From Mobula hypostoma (lineage: Eukaryota), in the NCBI RefSeq assembly GCF_963921235.1, contig NC_086097.1:153452001-153516000 (forward strand): a DNA stretch of 64,000 bases, written 5' to 3'. The first letter of the stretch is position 1; each line of letters starts with the position of its first letter. This document shows, in pieces, positions 13,715 through 27,500 of this stretch. The notes beneath the pieces are model-generated. The model was not told where the DNA came from and did not search any database. It saw nothing but the letters and a program-made list of their open reading frames with translations. Made by a program: the position numbers and the translations under genes.

Positions 13715-13771
13715 TTCATTCTTGAAGTACATATGCTACCATCTTCATTCTTGAAGTACATATGCTACCAT
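13715..13771. repeat. 29-bp-period tandem duplication
   Basis: TTCATTCTTGAAGTACATATGCTACCAT at 13715 and again at 13744. Confidence 0.9.
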
Positions 13772-14459
13772 ACACTAAGATTCATTTTCTTGCAGACATT
13801 TACAGGAAAAAAGAAATACAATAGAATTTTACAAAAAAAAACATGAAGAAAGACTGACAAACACCAATCTGCAAAAGAAGCCAAACTGTGCAATTGAAAA
13901 CCACACGGAGAACATGAGTTGGATTGAGAATTAGACGGCAGTGAGTAGTAATAAATAGAAACCAAATAAACAGCGATGTTAGAAACTGAAATAAAAGCAG
14001 AAATGCTGGAATAACTCGGCTTAGTCTTACTCTTTCCGCAGATGCTGCTTGATTGGCTGAGTGGAAAATCACAGAAGTCACTACAGGCTTGATGAACTTT
14101 CCAATGATTTCTTTTCTCCCCAGGATTGAATTGCTCCTTTAATTAGTGGTGTCAGTGGTGACAACACTGGCATTACTAGCGTTTCCCGGATAGGGCTGGT
14201 AGATGACTCCAGAGGTCAGAGGTTTCAGGGTAGGAGGATGAGTCTAACTAGTAATAAAGATACTATTCCCATGCCCTACACAGACAAAGTGCAGGAGGAA
14301 CTCAGCAGGTCAGGCAGCATCCATGAAGGAAATAAACAGTCACCATTTTGGGCTGAGGCCCTTCGGTAGAAGTGGTCTCATGAACTGTCCGGTGTCGTGT
14401 TGGAAGAGAGTACTTCGGTAGGTTCACGTTCCCAAAGACAGTGACCTCAGAGCGATATG

Positions 14460-15153
14460 GCTAGAGTGGGATCCAAATACATAGCTCCTTGAAAGTGACT
14501 GCACAAGGTGATAAGGTCATAAGGAAGGGGTACGGCATGCTCGCTTTTATTAGTCAAGGGATTGAGTTCAAGAATCAAGAAGATATACTACAGCTTTATA
14601 AAACTCTGGCTAAGCCACATCTGGACTATTCCATTAATTTCTGTTCACCCTATTAGAGGAAGGATATGGAGAGAGTGTAGAAGAGTTTTACCAGGATGCT
14701 GCCTGAATAAGAGAGCCTGTGATATTAGGAGTAGTTAGCAACTGGAGTTGTTTTCTCTGGAGCGGTGTGGGCTGAGGGGACACACGATAGAAGTTCATAA
14801 AATCATAAGAGGCAGAGATAGAGTAGACAGCCAACAATTATTTCCTGGGATCCAAATGTCTAGAGGACATACAATTGACATGAGAGGGAAAATTCAGAGA
14901 ACGTGTATAGTATAAGTTTTTACAGAGTGGTGAGTGCCTGGAATGCAATTTTAGGGGTGCTGTTAGAGGCAGATACAACAGAGGTATTTAGTAGACTCTT
15001 AGAGGGGCACAGGAATATGCAGGGAAAGGAAAGATGTGGACTACGTGCAGCCAGAGATGATTATGGTCATTGCCTTAATTGGTTTAGCACAGCATCATGA
15101 GACCATAGGTCCTGTTCCTGTGCTGAACAGTTCTATATTATATGTTCTATGTT
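14460..15153 (+). mobile_element. CR1 3' fragment
   Basis: Degenerate LYKTL.KPHL...FYRVVSAWNA; TGTTCTAT-type tail at ~15130-15152. Confidence 0.75.
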
Positions 15154-16690
15154 TGTTCTCTGTATCCTGTGCATCAACCATATTTTGCTGTGATGACCAA
15201 GGTGTGAAGTAATGTCAGATTCCTGCACTCTGGATCATCCTTGATGGCAGTAGATGACACATGTTGGTTGTGAACTCCTCAGGTAGTGGGAGCATCCTCT
15301 CAGTATACAGTCTTAGAAGTGCTGTAAAAAATTCACATTTGAACAAATCTCCTTTCATTCTTCTAATCGTTAGAGAACACAATCTCAATTTTCTTTATCT
15401 CTCCTCATATGAATAGTTGAAGTGCCAGATACAGGACTACCATGTTTTACTCAGTTTATAATTCCATGTGATAATCCACATTCCTGCATAATTAATCACT
15501 TTTCACCAATACTCCCTCATCTTTACTTGCAGCTTTCAAAGCTCTGGAAAAAAACAGCTGTGGAAAAAAAACAATCTGCTGTTTCATTTTTCTGTGTAAC
15601 CATGCATACTTTCATCAGCTTCTCAGTTATTTGCCGCAGAAAAAGTAGACAAAGAAATGAATAAAAAAGAAAATAGAAATCAGCTTTACATTTACATCTG
15701 CTAAACACCTAAGACAGGATGCTGTTCATTGACTATAGCTCAGCACTTAATACCATCATTCCCACAATCCTGATTGAGAAGTTACAGAACCTGGGCCTCT
15801 ATACATCCCTCTGAAATTAGATCCTTGACTTCCTAACCAGAAGACCACAATCTGTGCAGATTGGTGATTGTATCTCCTCCTCGCTGACGATCAACACTGG
15901 TGCACCTCGGGTGTGTGCTTAGCCCACTGCTCTACTCTCTCTATACCTATGACTGTGTGGCTAGGCATAGCTCAAATACCATCTATAAATTTGCTGATGG
16001 TTCAACCATTGTTGGTAGAATCTCAGATGGTATCAAGAGGGCATGGAAGAGCGAGACATGTCAACTAGTGGAGTGGCGTCACAGCAACAACCTGGTTCTC
16101 AATGTCAGTAGGACTAAAGAGCTGACTGCAGACTTCAGGAAGAGTAAGATGAAGGAACACATACCAATCCTCATGGAAGGATCAGAAGTAGACAGAGTGA
16201 GCAGTTTCAAGTTCCTGAGTGTCAAGATCTCTGAGGACCTAACCTGGTCCCAACATATCGATGCAGTTGTAAAGAAGGCAAGACAGCAGTCTGAAGAGAT
16301 TTGGTATGTCAAAAAATACACTCAAAAACTTAAATAGATGTACCATGGAGAGCATTCTGACAGGCTGCATCGCTGACTGGTATGGGGTGGCTACTGCACA
16401 AAACCGAAATAAGCTGCAGAGGATTCTAAATTTAGTCAGCTTCATCTTGGGTACTAGCCTACAAAGTACACAGGACATCTTCAAGGAGTGGTGTTTCAGA
16501 AAGGTAGCACCATTATTAAGGACCCTCAGCACCCAGAGCATGCCCTTTTCTCACTGTTACCATCAGGAAAGAGATACAGAAGTCCGAAGGTACACTCTCA
16601 GTGATTCAGGAACAGCTTCTTCCCCTCTGCCATCTGATTCTGAAATGGACATTGAGCCCTTGAACACTACCTCACTTTTTAATACATATT

Positions 16691-16894
16691 TGCTGTGTAC
16701 GTTGCCGCTTACACAACAATATCATTAACAAAAACATTAGAGACTGGAGCTAAGTTAACAGGGGCTTTTACTTACGGAACTCGAACTAAACACATATATA
16801 TGTACAGATCAATACACACCTAATAATGCATGCTCAATAACGTGTTACTACAACATAAAATAGTCCCATATTATACTGTAGGCTATGTGGAACA
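16691..16894 (-). repeat. 3' LTR of the Gypsy element
   Basis: TG...CA termini; homologous to 22415-22594 plus 23045-23064. Confidence 0.92.
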
Positions 16895-16904
16895 CTCCTC
16901 CCCT
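16895..16904 (-). promoter_or_regulatory. Polypurine tract
   Basis: AGGGGAGGAG on minus, directly abutting the 3' LTR. Confidence 0.85.
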
Positions 16905-17217
16905 TTTATTTTAAAGGTGTATCAACTTTTTTTTAGGGGCACTACGCTAAACAAATACTGTATGTGTACCCTTAATATACAAATGCCCACCAACTGTTTA
17001 ATTAGTAACTTAATAATATGAAATTATAACAAAGTAATGTAATAATAATTATTATTATTATAATAATTATAACTGAAGTCTCTGGGAGGGCCTTCTCTGC
17101 CTCTTCAGGTAACGTCTGCCCTGCAACATTTGATTTGTGGAATGAGTCTCTGCAGGTACATCAGGTGGGTCCTCAGCACTGATGACAGGCTTATCTGTAG
17201 GCGAGTCTGATGTACCA

Positions 17218-18896
17218 TCAGGAAGTGTTTGCTTCTATGTCCAGGGAGTCCGGGCAAGATGTTGTTGTGTTTTCCACCTGAGTATCCAGGATTTGATCCA
17301 CATGACGTCTCCATACGTTCTCTCGCACCTGTACTCTATACATCAGTGGCCCATCTATGGCGGAAATTACACCCAGCTGCCACTTTTCAGTCCGGTAATC
17401 CCATGCAAGAACTGACTGTCCACATTGAAGCTCCATGTTGACTTAGCATTCAAGTGTTTGAACTATTTGTTCTCTACATCACGCCGTACATTTGGTTGGA
17501 GAAGATCCATGTGGGACCTCAGGTACCTGTTCAGAAACATCATTGCTGGAACCTGGTTAGTAGTTGCATGTACTGCAATACGATAGGCAAGGAGGAAGTT
17601 GTCTATCCTGTGTTGCAGTGGTCCATTTTCGCTGTCCCTTGCATTGAGGGCTTTCTTGAATGTCTGTACAAATCTTTCTGCCAAGCCATTTGTGGATGGA
17701 TGGTAAGGAGCCGATGTAAAGTGCTTGATTCCATTGTTCTTCACAAAACTTTGGAATTCCTCAGAGACAAATTGTCGTCCATTGTCTGTGCGGATTTGCT
17801 CTGGTATGCCATTCCTGGCGAACTTGGTCCTCAGCATCGTAATGGTCTTTTCTGATGTGGCTGTCTTCATTTTGATGACCTCTGGCCATTTGGAATATGC
17901 ATTGATGGCGATTTAAAAAGATAAGTGTCCATGAATGGTCCAGCAAAGTCGATGTACACTCACTACCATGGTGATGAGGGCCACTCCCATGGATGGAGAG
18001 GGGCTTGTGGTGGTGTGTTCTGGATCTTTTGACATCCAGAACAGTTCTTGGTCATGTCCTCAATCTGTTTATCGATTCCTGGCCACCACACATAGGCACA
18101 GGCAAGACTTTTCATTTTCGTGGTACCCAGGTGCCCTTCGTGCAGTTCCTCCAGCACTCTGGTGCGTAGCTTGGGAGGGATCACAACTCGTGAACCACAC
18201 ATTAGTGTTCCCCAACACACTGACAACTGCTCCTTCCTCGCTGAGAAGGCTGGAAACAATGTGTTACCCCGTGCTGGCCACCCCTTTACCGTGATGTCAT
18301 ACACTTTTGACAACATAGGATCATTGCGTGTTTCCCTTTCAGTGAGGCTGTTTGTTACTGGTAATTGTTCAACTATTGTCGTGTGAACAACCTCTGCTAA
18401 ATCCATTTGCGTAGTTACCTCGGAAGTGGGCAGTGGTAAACGTGACAAACCATCTGAGTTGCTGTGTTGCTTGGTCCCTCCTAAGAAAAGGGACCATCAC
18501 TGCAGCCTTTGTGCTGTCATCACTGGAACGCCTTTCTTGGATTGAAGATTGACACGGGCAGCTGATTGTCAGTTAACAGAGTAAACTTTTGGCCATACAG
18601 GTAGTGACTAAATTTCTTGACTCTCCACACGAGGTTCTGTCAATCTGTGCATAGTTGTGTGCAGCTGAAGTTAGTGTTCTTGAGGCAAAGGCTATTGGTC
18701 TTTCGGAGCCATCTGGAAACTTGTGTGATAACACAGCTCCTAACCCATGGGGCGAGGCATCACAAGCTAGTCGGATAGGTAAGGAGGGGTCAAAGTGTGC
18801 GAGCACTCCGTCTGAAATTGAGTCCTTTAGTTTCTTGAAACGCTTTCTCACAGCTCTCAGTCCCCTTCCATTATGTCTCTGCCTGTAATAATTCAT
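17218..18896 (-). pseudogene. pol: Gypsy RNase H and integrase (frameshifted)
   Basis: LACDASPHGLGAVL...ERPIAFASRTL (RNase H); LHEGHLG...CSGC (zinc finger); RTDNGRQF...SAPYHPSTNGLAERFVQ (DDE core). Confidence 0.92.
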
Positions 18897-19072
18897 TTAG
18901 TGGGTGTAGGACTGTGGATAGGTTAGGCAAGAACTTCTGGTAATAGTTCACTAGACCAAGATATGCTCTCAGCTGAGACACATTTTCAGGTGGTGGTGCC
19001 TTAAGCACCACTGCTATCTTGTCTTGAGACAGATGTAAGCCATCCTTGTTGATCACATGCGCACAGTGTGAA

Positions 19073-20099
19073 GTGGTCTATGTTTTCCAGGGTTATTTCG
19101 CCAAGTTGAATTGATGGTTCTATCCGATTTGTCTCAGTTGGTGACGGTTGATAGATGATCTGAGTCTTGGAATTGATGGTAAGTCCAAGTTTCGTGTACG
19201 CACGGTTGAAGGCAGTCAGAATCTGTTGTAGGTGGTTTTTGAAAGAGCTGCAACACTGTTGTCATCTGCATATTGGAACTCGATGTGGGAACAAACGTGG
19301 ACCACTTTCCATATCTTGGAAGTCATCTGTCCTCCAATGTCGACCTTAATGAGGAGATCCAACATCGTCTTAAGTGCGCTGGAACAGCTTTTGGACGTCT
19401 CCGAACAAGAGTCTTTCATGATCGTGACATCCGAACAGACACCAAAATGTTAGTGTACAAAGCAGCGGTGATTCCAACGCTCCTGTAAGCATCAGAAACC
19501 TGGACAACATACCAACTGAAGGCACTTGAAAAGTTCCATCAATGCTGTCTTCGAAACATCTTCAATATCAACTGGGAAGATAGAAGAACCAACGTCAGTG
19601 TGCTAAATGAAGCAAAAACAACAAATATTGAAGCCTACGTCATCAAGAACCAACTAAGGTGGAGCGATCATGTTGTTCGGATGAAAGACGAATGTCTGCC
19701 AAAACAGATCTTCTACTCCCAGCTTAAAGAAGGCCAACGTAAAACAGGCAGACAACAGAAGAGATTCAAAGATGTCCTAAAAGCCAACATGAATAAATGT
19801 AACATCGACATCAACAATTGGGAAACCAATACCAAGGACAGGAAACTCTGGCAAGTCATCATCCGAGAAGGATGAGCAACTTTCGAAGCCAACAAATGTG
19901 CAGAATTAGAAGAAAAGAGAAGAAAATGGAAAGAGAGGCAGCAACAACGAAAGCCCGATCTGCCATCTGGAACTACCTGTCCTGAATGCGGAAGAACTTT
20001 CAAAGCCAAGATTGGACTCATAAGCCACTTGAGAGCCCACAAGTAGATCAACAGAACAATGACAATCATCTTCAACCTCGAGGGGTAGCCACGACGATG
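19073..20099 (+). mobile_element. RTE-clade LINE, 5'-truncated with a 5' inversion, inserted in the Gypsy RT
   Basis: 10-bp TSD ACAGTGTGAA at 19063-19072 and 20100-20109; sense part FPYLGS...AFGRLR.RVF...QLRW.DHVVRM...CPECGRTF; inverted part ~19073-19288 encodes QYADD. Confidence 0.9.
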
Positions 20100-20109
20100 A
20101 CAGTGTGAA

Positions 20110-22040
20110 ATTTCCTTTCTGAAAAACTCACATTTCTGTTGATTAGCTCTGAGCCCATATTCTTGTAACCTGGTGAGCACTTGTTTTAGGTTTGAAAGAT
20201 GTTTGTCGTCATGTTTGTCGTCATCTTTGCCAATGACAATTATGTCATCCAGGTAACACTAAGTCCCTGGAATCCCCTGCAGAACCTATTCCATTGCCCT
20301 CCGACAGATTGCAGGTGCTAATGCTATCCCAAACAGCAACCTGTTGTACTGATAAAGTCCTTTGTGTGTATTTATTGTCAGGTATTTCTTGGATGCTTCC
20401 TCGATTTCCACTTGAAGGTAAGCCTGGGTCAAATCAATTTTTGTGAAAGCTTCCCCTCCTGACAGGGAAGCAAAAATGTCCTCAATACGGGGTAGAGGAT
20501 ACTGTACTGTGTGGGGAACTGTGTTAACAGTCACTTTAAAGTCACCACATATGCACACCTCACTTGGTTTTCCTGCTTATGTGCTGGGGGTTTTCTTCAT
20601 CACTGGAACAACAGGTGTGGTCCATTCACTCCAATCCACCTTCGACAGGACCCTAGTCTGCTCCAGATTTTTCAGCTCTGCCTCTACTGTGGGACAGATT
20701 GCATATGGCACTGGCCTGGCTTTGTGAAATTTTGGACATGCGTTTTCCTCATTCTCAATCTTTGCTTTCATGCCCCGAAGTGTTCCTATTCCTTTCATGA
20801 ACACTTCCTCAGAGTCAACAAGTATTTGTGACAGTCTCTCAGATGTAGCCTTGCTGCCCGCCTTCACTGCCACATTTAGTGCCTTGATGGTGTGCCAATC
20901 CAACTGAATTTTCCTGAGCCATTCATGTCCCAGCAATGGTGGTCCTCCATTTTTCAGTACATAGAGGTCCAGTTGCTGTGTTTTACCTCCGTGGGTCACT
21001 GTCACTTTCATTTTGCCTTTGGGACACACTTTCTGTCCTGTGTAAGTCTTCAGCAGTAGTTTAGTTCATTTCAGAGGTATGTGCGAAAACAGTCTTTTGT
21101 AGTCACGTACAGAGATTACTGTTAAAGCTGAGCCTGTGTTCAACTCCATTTTCAGTCTCACGCCTGCCACTTGTGGAGTGATCCATATTACTCTTCGATT
21201 ATCTGTCTCTTCCACGCTGTGAAGTGGCAGACAAGACAATTCACTTTTGTCTGAGTCACTTTCATCAGAATTGCTTTCTTTCATTTTGTGCACATTGTTG
21301 TATTTTCCTGTCTGGGGTTTCTTGTTTCTCTGTATTTTGTCCTTTTCCAGCTGGTTACTAGCTTTGCATACTCTGCCAGTGTGGCCTTGTTTGCCACAGT
21401 TTCTGCATTCTTTATCTTTAAACCAGCAACAGTCAGGGTCATGTGACCTGTTCCCACAATGGTAACATTTCTTTCCTTCATTTCTGCGCAGTGGCATTTT
21501 ATTTGTAGCATGTTCCAGAGATTTTTGTTGTATCTCTGCAGCACCTTGTGTGGCTATTTCTAATGATATTAAGATGTTCAGCGCTTTCTCGAATGTAAGG
21601 TCTTTTTCACACAGAAGCTTCTTCTGTGTGGTTTCACAGTACATGCCACACACTAACCTATCCCTCAATGCATCTGATAGACCAGCTAAATTGACAATGT
21701 TCTGATAATTTGCGCAATTCAGCACAATATTCAGAAGTGCTTTCATTTTTGCTCTGATTCTATTTATGGAATTTAAATCTTTCAGCAATGACCAGCGGTT
21801 TGGGGGTTAAATGCTGTTGGAAAGTGTCTACTAATTGCTTGAAAGTTTTGTCAACTGGCTTTTCAGGGGTTAACAAGCTCCATAGTAGGCCATACGTTTT
21901 TGCGCCCATTACACTAAGACGCTGGCTTTCTTTTCTGCATTAACATCGTTAGCATCACAATATAACTCTATTCTGTCAATGTGAATTGCCCAGTCTTCAA
22001 TGCCACTATGAAATGCTGTATTGGTTCCAATTAACGCCGT
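20110..22040 (-). pseudogene. gag-pol: Gypsy gag, protease and RT N-terminus (disrupted)
   Basis: LRDRLVCG; CYHCGNRSH and CRNCGKQGH zinc knuckles; MELNTGSAL (degenerate DTG); LLG.EWL; YPLPRIED; YLDD at ~20243-20255. Confidence 0.9.
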
Positions 22041-22400
22041 CCTTGTGTTAATTTATCCTTGTTATGTTAATTCAGCCCCGGTCCCTTGTTAATTTAACCT
22101 TGATCCCTTGTTTTCTTTTTGACTCACGTGATCTTTATTTTCTGCGAGCGTACTGTGTGTGTGTGTGTCACTCCTTTTTTTATCTCCCTTCTAAGGCAGG
22201 CAGACCCTCAGCCCTGGGGTTCAGCGTCGGTTGTGGTCTCGCCTGAATGCGCTTCAGCTCCGATTGTGTCTTTTGGTCTCCTGACGTTCCCGACTCCGGC
22301 TGAACTCCCGCTTCTTTTCAGACTCGTGGCCTCACTCTGTCTCTTCTGAGTGCCGTTATCAACTAAAACACGGCGTTCCGATACGATGCAGGTTCATTAA

Positions 22401-22411
22401 CCTCGTCGCCA
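22401..22411 (-). promoter_or_regulatory. Primer-binding site
   Basis: TGGCGACGAGG on minus, 3 nt inside the 5' LTR end; TGG is complementary to tRNA CCA. Confidence 0.85.
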
Positions 22412-22594
22412 ATTTGTTGTGTATGTGGCCAGTTACACAACAATATCATTAATAAAAACACTAGAGACTGGAGCTAAGTTAACAGGGGCTTTTACTTGTG
22501 GAACCCGAACTGAACACATATATACAGATCAATACGCACCTAATAGAGCATGTTCAATAAAGTGTTACTACGACATAAAATGGTCCCATATTAT

Positions 22595-23037
22595 TTCATA
22601 TGAAGAAAGACTGGATGAACTGGGCTTGTACTCGTTGGAATTTAGAAGATTGAGGGGGGATCTGATTGAAACGTATAAGATCCTAAAGGGATTGGACAGG
22701 CTAGATGCGGGAAGATTGTTCCCGATGTTGGGGAGGTCTAGAACGAGGGGTCACAGTTTGAGGATAGAGGGGAAGCCTTTTAGGACCGAGGTTAGGAAGA
22801 ACTTCTTCACACAGAGAGTGGTGAATCTGTGGAATTCTCTGCCACAGCAAACTGTTGAGGCCAGTTCATTAGCTATGTTTAAAAGGAAGTTAGATATGGC
22901 CCTTGTGGCTACAGGGGTCAGGGGGTATGGAGGGAAGGCTGGGTTCTGAGTTGGATGATCAGCCATGATCATAATAAATGGCGGTGCAGGCTCGAAGGGC
23001 CGAATGGCCTACTCCTGCACCTATTTTCTATGTTTCT
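22595..23037 (+). mobile_element. CR1 3' fragment inserted in the Gypsy 5' LTR
   Basis: SYEERLDELGLYSLE...WNSLP; TSD ATATTAT at 22588-22594 and 23038-23044; TTTCTATGTTTCT tail. Confidence 0.93.
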
Positions 23038-24269
23038 ATATTATACAGTAGGCAATGTGGTAAAATATTTGTTTTTTGCACAATTTTTAATTATTGAATA
23101 TACATATACTGTAATTAATTTATTTAGTTTTTTTTCTATATTATGTATTGCATTGAACTGCTGTTGCTAAGTTAACAAATCTCACGACACATGCCGGTGA
23201 TAATAAACCTGATTCTGATTCTGATGCTGCATCATAGACAATTATTGCTGGAGTAACATAGCAGCTAAGCCACCAGGCAAATTCATAATAATGTGCTTTG
23301 TTGCTGTGATATCATTTTTAATGGGAAAGCATCGTTTGGACCTAGCAGCAATTAAAGTTTTACTCTATTATGTTAAAATGACCTGTAAAACATTTTGGTT
23401 CTGTAATACTCTCTGATTCTATTGTCAACCTTTCTTATGAGGGATTGCTGGATATACAGTTATGGCTATTTGCAAACTGACCTCGTCAATTCCCCTTAAA
23501 TGAAAATACATTACATTTTTGACAACAGTTAATTAAAAATAAACAAAATGTAAATGGAAACTTTGGCTTTTGCCTAAAAAGTTACACTCCCTGTTTGGCA
23601 GCCTTGTGGATGAAGTTCCTGCCCCAGTGTACCCTGCAGATTCAGAGCCTAGCTGCCGGAAGGCTGCTCATTTTCTCTTTAGAACAAATGGGACTACAGA
23701 TGCTGGAATATGAAGCAACCCCTAAAAAAACCTGAGGTACTCAACAGGCCAAGAGCTTCTCTGGAGGGAATTGGACAGTGAACACTTTGTGTTAAGACCC
23801 ATCATCAAGACTGAAAGATCAAGATGGGGGTTAGAAGGTATATAGTTTACCTGTTTTTTTTTATACAAATGTCAACCTCTGTAAGAGGAATTTTGAGAAA
23901 CTGAAGAAACTAAGTTGGACGAAGAAGTGGAGCGTCAGCTAGTGGATAATAAGTAGATTCAAATGAGCAGGGATGATAAATAGATTGCAAAGGGGAGAGT
24001 GGGAACAGTGTCAGATGTTTGGAGTTGATTGGTGCAACCAACCAAGGGATGAAGAGGATGGAATCTGATACAAGAAGCAGGCAGACTATGGAGTAAATGG
24101 AGGAAGGGGTGGGAAAGGCAGATGGGATTAGAAGAGGGAAACAACTAGGATATTGAGATGAGTGTGTGAATGATGGAGAGGGTGGAGGAGGGAAAAGAAA
24201 GAAGGAAATGGGGATTGGGATCAGTTGTAGGAAGAACTGGGTGGATCAGGAGGAAAGAAAAAAGTGACA

Positions 24270-24562
24270 GCAGAGGGCATAGGTTTGAAGTGAGAAGGGG
24301 AAAATTTAAAGGAGATTTAAGAAGCAAGATGTTTACACAAGCACCTGCAGCTGCCTGAAAGATGCCGCCAGGGGAAGTGGTAGAAGCAGATACGATAGTA
24401 GTGTTTAAAGAGGCATTTAGACAGCTGCATGAACAGGTAAGGAATGAAGAGATTCAAACCAATTACAGGCAGATGGAATTAGTTTAGATTGGCATAATGG
24501 TTGTCACAGACACTGAGGGCTGAGGGGCCTGCTGATGTGCTATAATATTTTATGTTCTATGA
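24270..24562 (+). mobile_element. CR1 3' fragment
   Basis: SRGHRFEVRRGKFKGDLR..MFTQ; TATGTTCTATG tail. Confidence 0.7.
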
Positions 24563-27500
24563 AAGCCGGATTTAGTCATAGTTACTGACCCAACAAGGCA
24601 ACAGGTAGAATTGTGTGAGTAAAGTCAATGTCATTTTTCTTTTCAGAGTGCATATCCAATTGGCAGCCACATTTAAAATAAAATTGTTGAATTTAGTCAC
24701 TTATTGATTGACAAGGCAGTGTATTACAGTTGATATCTGTGATATAGAAATCATTTCATTTCTTCATTCAGTGGAGTTCTCGGCAATGCTTGCTTAGTCA
24801 AGAGCCAAATATGATGACAATTTACTGCAGAAAGCAGATGGCATCCATTTTATTAGGTTTGTCACAGTTACTTTTGAACCTGAAACCATTAATTCAGAAC
24901 ACAGAGTAAAGGAAATTCAAAAATACTTTTTTTTAAGCAGTTCAATTTTCAAAAGATTTTCTGTGATAAGATCTTGTCACTAATTAATTGATCACTGATA
25001 ACAATTGCTTAGATGGTTATATGGATGTTCTGCAAATTATTTTAATACATTAGATATTATTTGAGCCAATATCATAAGTGAGTCATTGTGAATTATTTCT
25101 TTTTCCGATATCTGAAATAAAATAGAGTAATTTTCTACTTATGTAAAATGGTTTGCCAAAGACTAATGATGAATGTTATAATAGACCAAGAATGAATATT
25201 GTTAGACAGCAGTTTTATGGCAATGTAATAGTCATTTAGTACTTTTGCTTCTGTATTAAAATTCAGCTCAGAATGAAGGATGAAAAGGCTTGCATGTTGA
25301 AAAATACTTTTCTGTTTGTGCTTCCAGAATTGTATATGATTTGAATTTAGCCCAGTATCTTTCCCTTGAGCGTAGTTATCCCTTTGCATCAATCTTGTGG
25401 CAATCACTGTACCTGCAATGTCATCATCAACTGCCTCTCCCTCTGAGGTCTCATCTCTTCTGGACCTTCCTTAAAAGTCAACACCTAGACCAAGCCTCTG
25501 GATGCTCATGTAGTGGCTTCACACAGGCAAATCATTTGAAATGTAAATCTATTCAGAATTTATAATTAAATGTATCAAGCCTGTAATATTGCTTTCTTCC
25601 TGCTGCAACCCTGCAGTGAAGTTCCCTTTCATGTACTAAATTGGGACTTCAGTTCTTGCAATTGGGATGCTAAAGAGCTCAGTGAGAATGTCAGTTAGTA
25701 TTCCAGATGAAAGGTCTCAACCAAAAACATCAACTGTCCATTTTCCTCCACAAATACAGCCACTGAGTTTCTCCAACAGTTATTTTTGCTCTATACTCTA
25801 GCATCTGCAGTCTCTCATGTCTCAATTAGCTTTTGCTCACTGGCGGGTTTCAACGATAATGATTACATACAGGTTTCACATTTCAGTGAAGAAAGATTGG
25901 CAGAAGCAATGAAGGCATTGGTGACATTCTGCCTCCAGGTGTCAATGTACTACCCTTGAACTAGGACACTTTTGCAAAGGGAGAAGTTCATTTGCTGAAG
26001 CAGTCTTGGACCAGGGAGAAAAACATGTTTTTTTTTAACCAGATTATTTATGAATGCAGCATAGGACTGTACACTAGATTGTTGGCTTTACAGTAGTGAA
26101 GGTGTGATTAATGATACTCACATGGTCATCAAGGGCCCTAGGCTGAATGCAGTACCCTGCATCAACAGAAACTTTGTCACCATGCAGCTGTTCTTTGATA
26201 ACCTAATGTGTCAACACTCTTGTTGCAATAACCTGACCTGTGCAGTACTGGGCTTGTTTAAAGAGGAGAAGCTGGAAAAAAAACTCATTGAAGATGAACC
26301 TTTCATTTTTAATGCATCTAGAGTTTAATTCATATTTTGTTAGTATCTTAACTCAATGTTTTAGGAGTGTGAGTAGTTATGTTTGCAGACATAAAAACTG
26401 TGGCTGTATCTCCAAGTCTTTTAATGCTATTGACACCCGAGAGTCCCAGTGTATGATGGGAAGACCAGGCCAGATCATTTCAGGATGCAACACTGATCAA
26501 TAACATGTAACTCTGTAGAAGGCAATGTGTCCAAACAGATTTCTGCGTCATATGCTCATCCAGGATCCTCTTAATGCCTATCTATCAGAATCAGAATTTG
26601 AATTATGTTTATTATCACTGATTTACATAATGAGAAATTTGTTGCTTTGCAGCAGCAGTACTGTACATTGTTATAAAAGTAATTGTAAGTTAATAATTCT
26701 AATTACTTCTAATCACTGGAAACAGAACATATAATATTTGAATGAAGGGGATTGGGGGGTGAATATAAGACATTGAATTAAAGGTGTAATTAAAATAAAG
26801 TTAGTGACATCACTAATGGGTGATATGCAGTGGGGAAGGAAGTGGAAATGCTGCTCTCTCTAATATAAACATGACCAAAACTGTAAAATTGCATGCAGTC
26901 ATCATGAGAACATACAAATTCCCTACAGACAGCACTGAGAATGGAAACCTGGTCGCTAGCACTGCAATGCGTTGCGCTAACTGCTCTTTGTGAAGTTGGA
27001 ATAATCCTCTACCTAATATTCTTTCTGATTTTACATTGCACTGAAGTCAATAATAAATTTTATCAGATAGAATGTAAAATGGACAACAATTTGATTGTAC
27101 ATTTTCAATATGAGTGCATTTAGTTAAAATGGCTTTGTTACCTTTGTTTATAGAGATATAAATTCTTGAAACTATGAAAGATGGCTGATTCAGCGCCGAA
27201 AATGCCAAATCTACTCTTCTGGTAGTACAGTGTCTGCAGAAGGAAAAACTTTTCAGGTTGAAATCCTTTCATCGGAATTCCATCATTGACAAATCTGCTG
27301 AATTTTCTTCTTTTATTTCAGATTTCCAGCAAGTACAGTTTTTTAGTTTCATTTGCTGAGTAGACAGGTAAGTGTTCTGCAGTTTTATTCTGATTTCTGT
27401 GCCTTTAACTCTTCAGATCAATTATTTAGCTTCAGATCTGCACTCTGTGCAGGATCAGGATCTGGGTTATCACGGTTTCTGGTTTTGCTGCAGCAGTACA

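Larger units (their letters stand above)
16691..23064 (-). mobile_element. Ty3/Gypsy LTR retrotransposon, full structure, decayed
   Basis: Two LTRs (16691-16894; 22415-23064 split by CR1); 5-bp TSD ATATT at 16686-16690 and 23065-23069; PBS and PPT present; domain order gag-PR-RT-RH-IN. Confidence 0.95.
15705..23224 (+). mobile_element. 5'-truncated Rex1/Babar LINE (15705-16690 plus 23065-23224) split by a Gypsy insertion
   Basis: [28 protein letters not shown]; the 3' UTR resumes after 23069 and ends AATAAACCTGATTCTGATTCTGA. Confidence 0.88.

Noticed and set aside
22419..22949. 176-aa ORF as a novel fusion gene
   Set aside because: It is a chance read-through from antisense LTR sequence into an inserted CR1 3' fragment.
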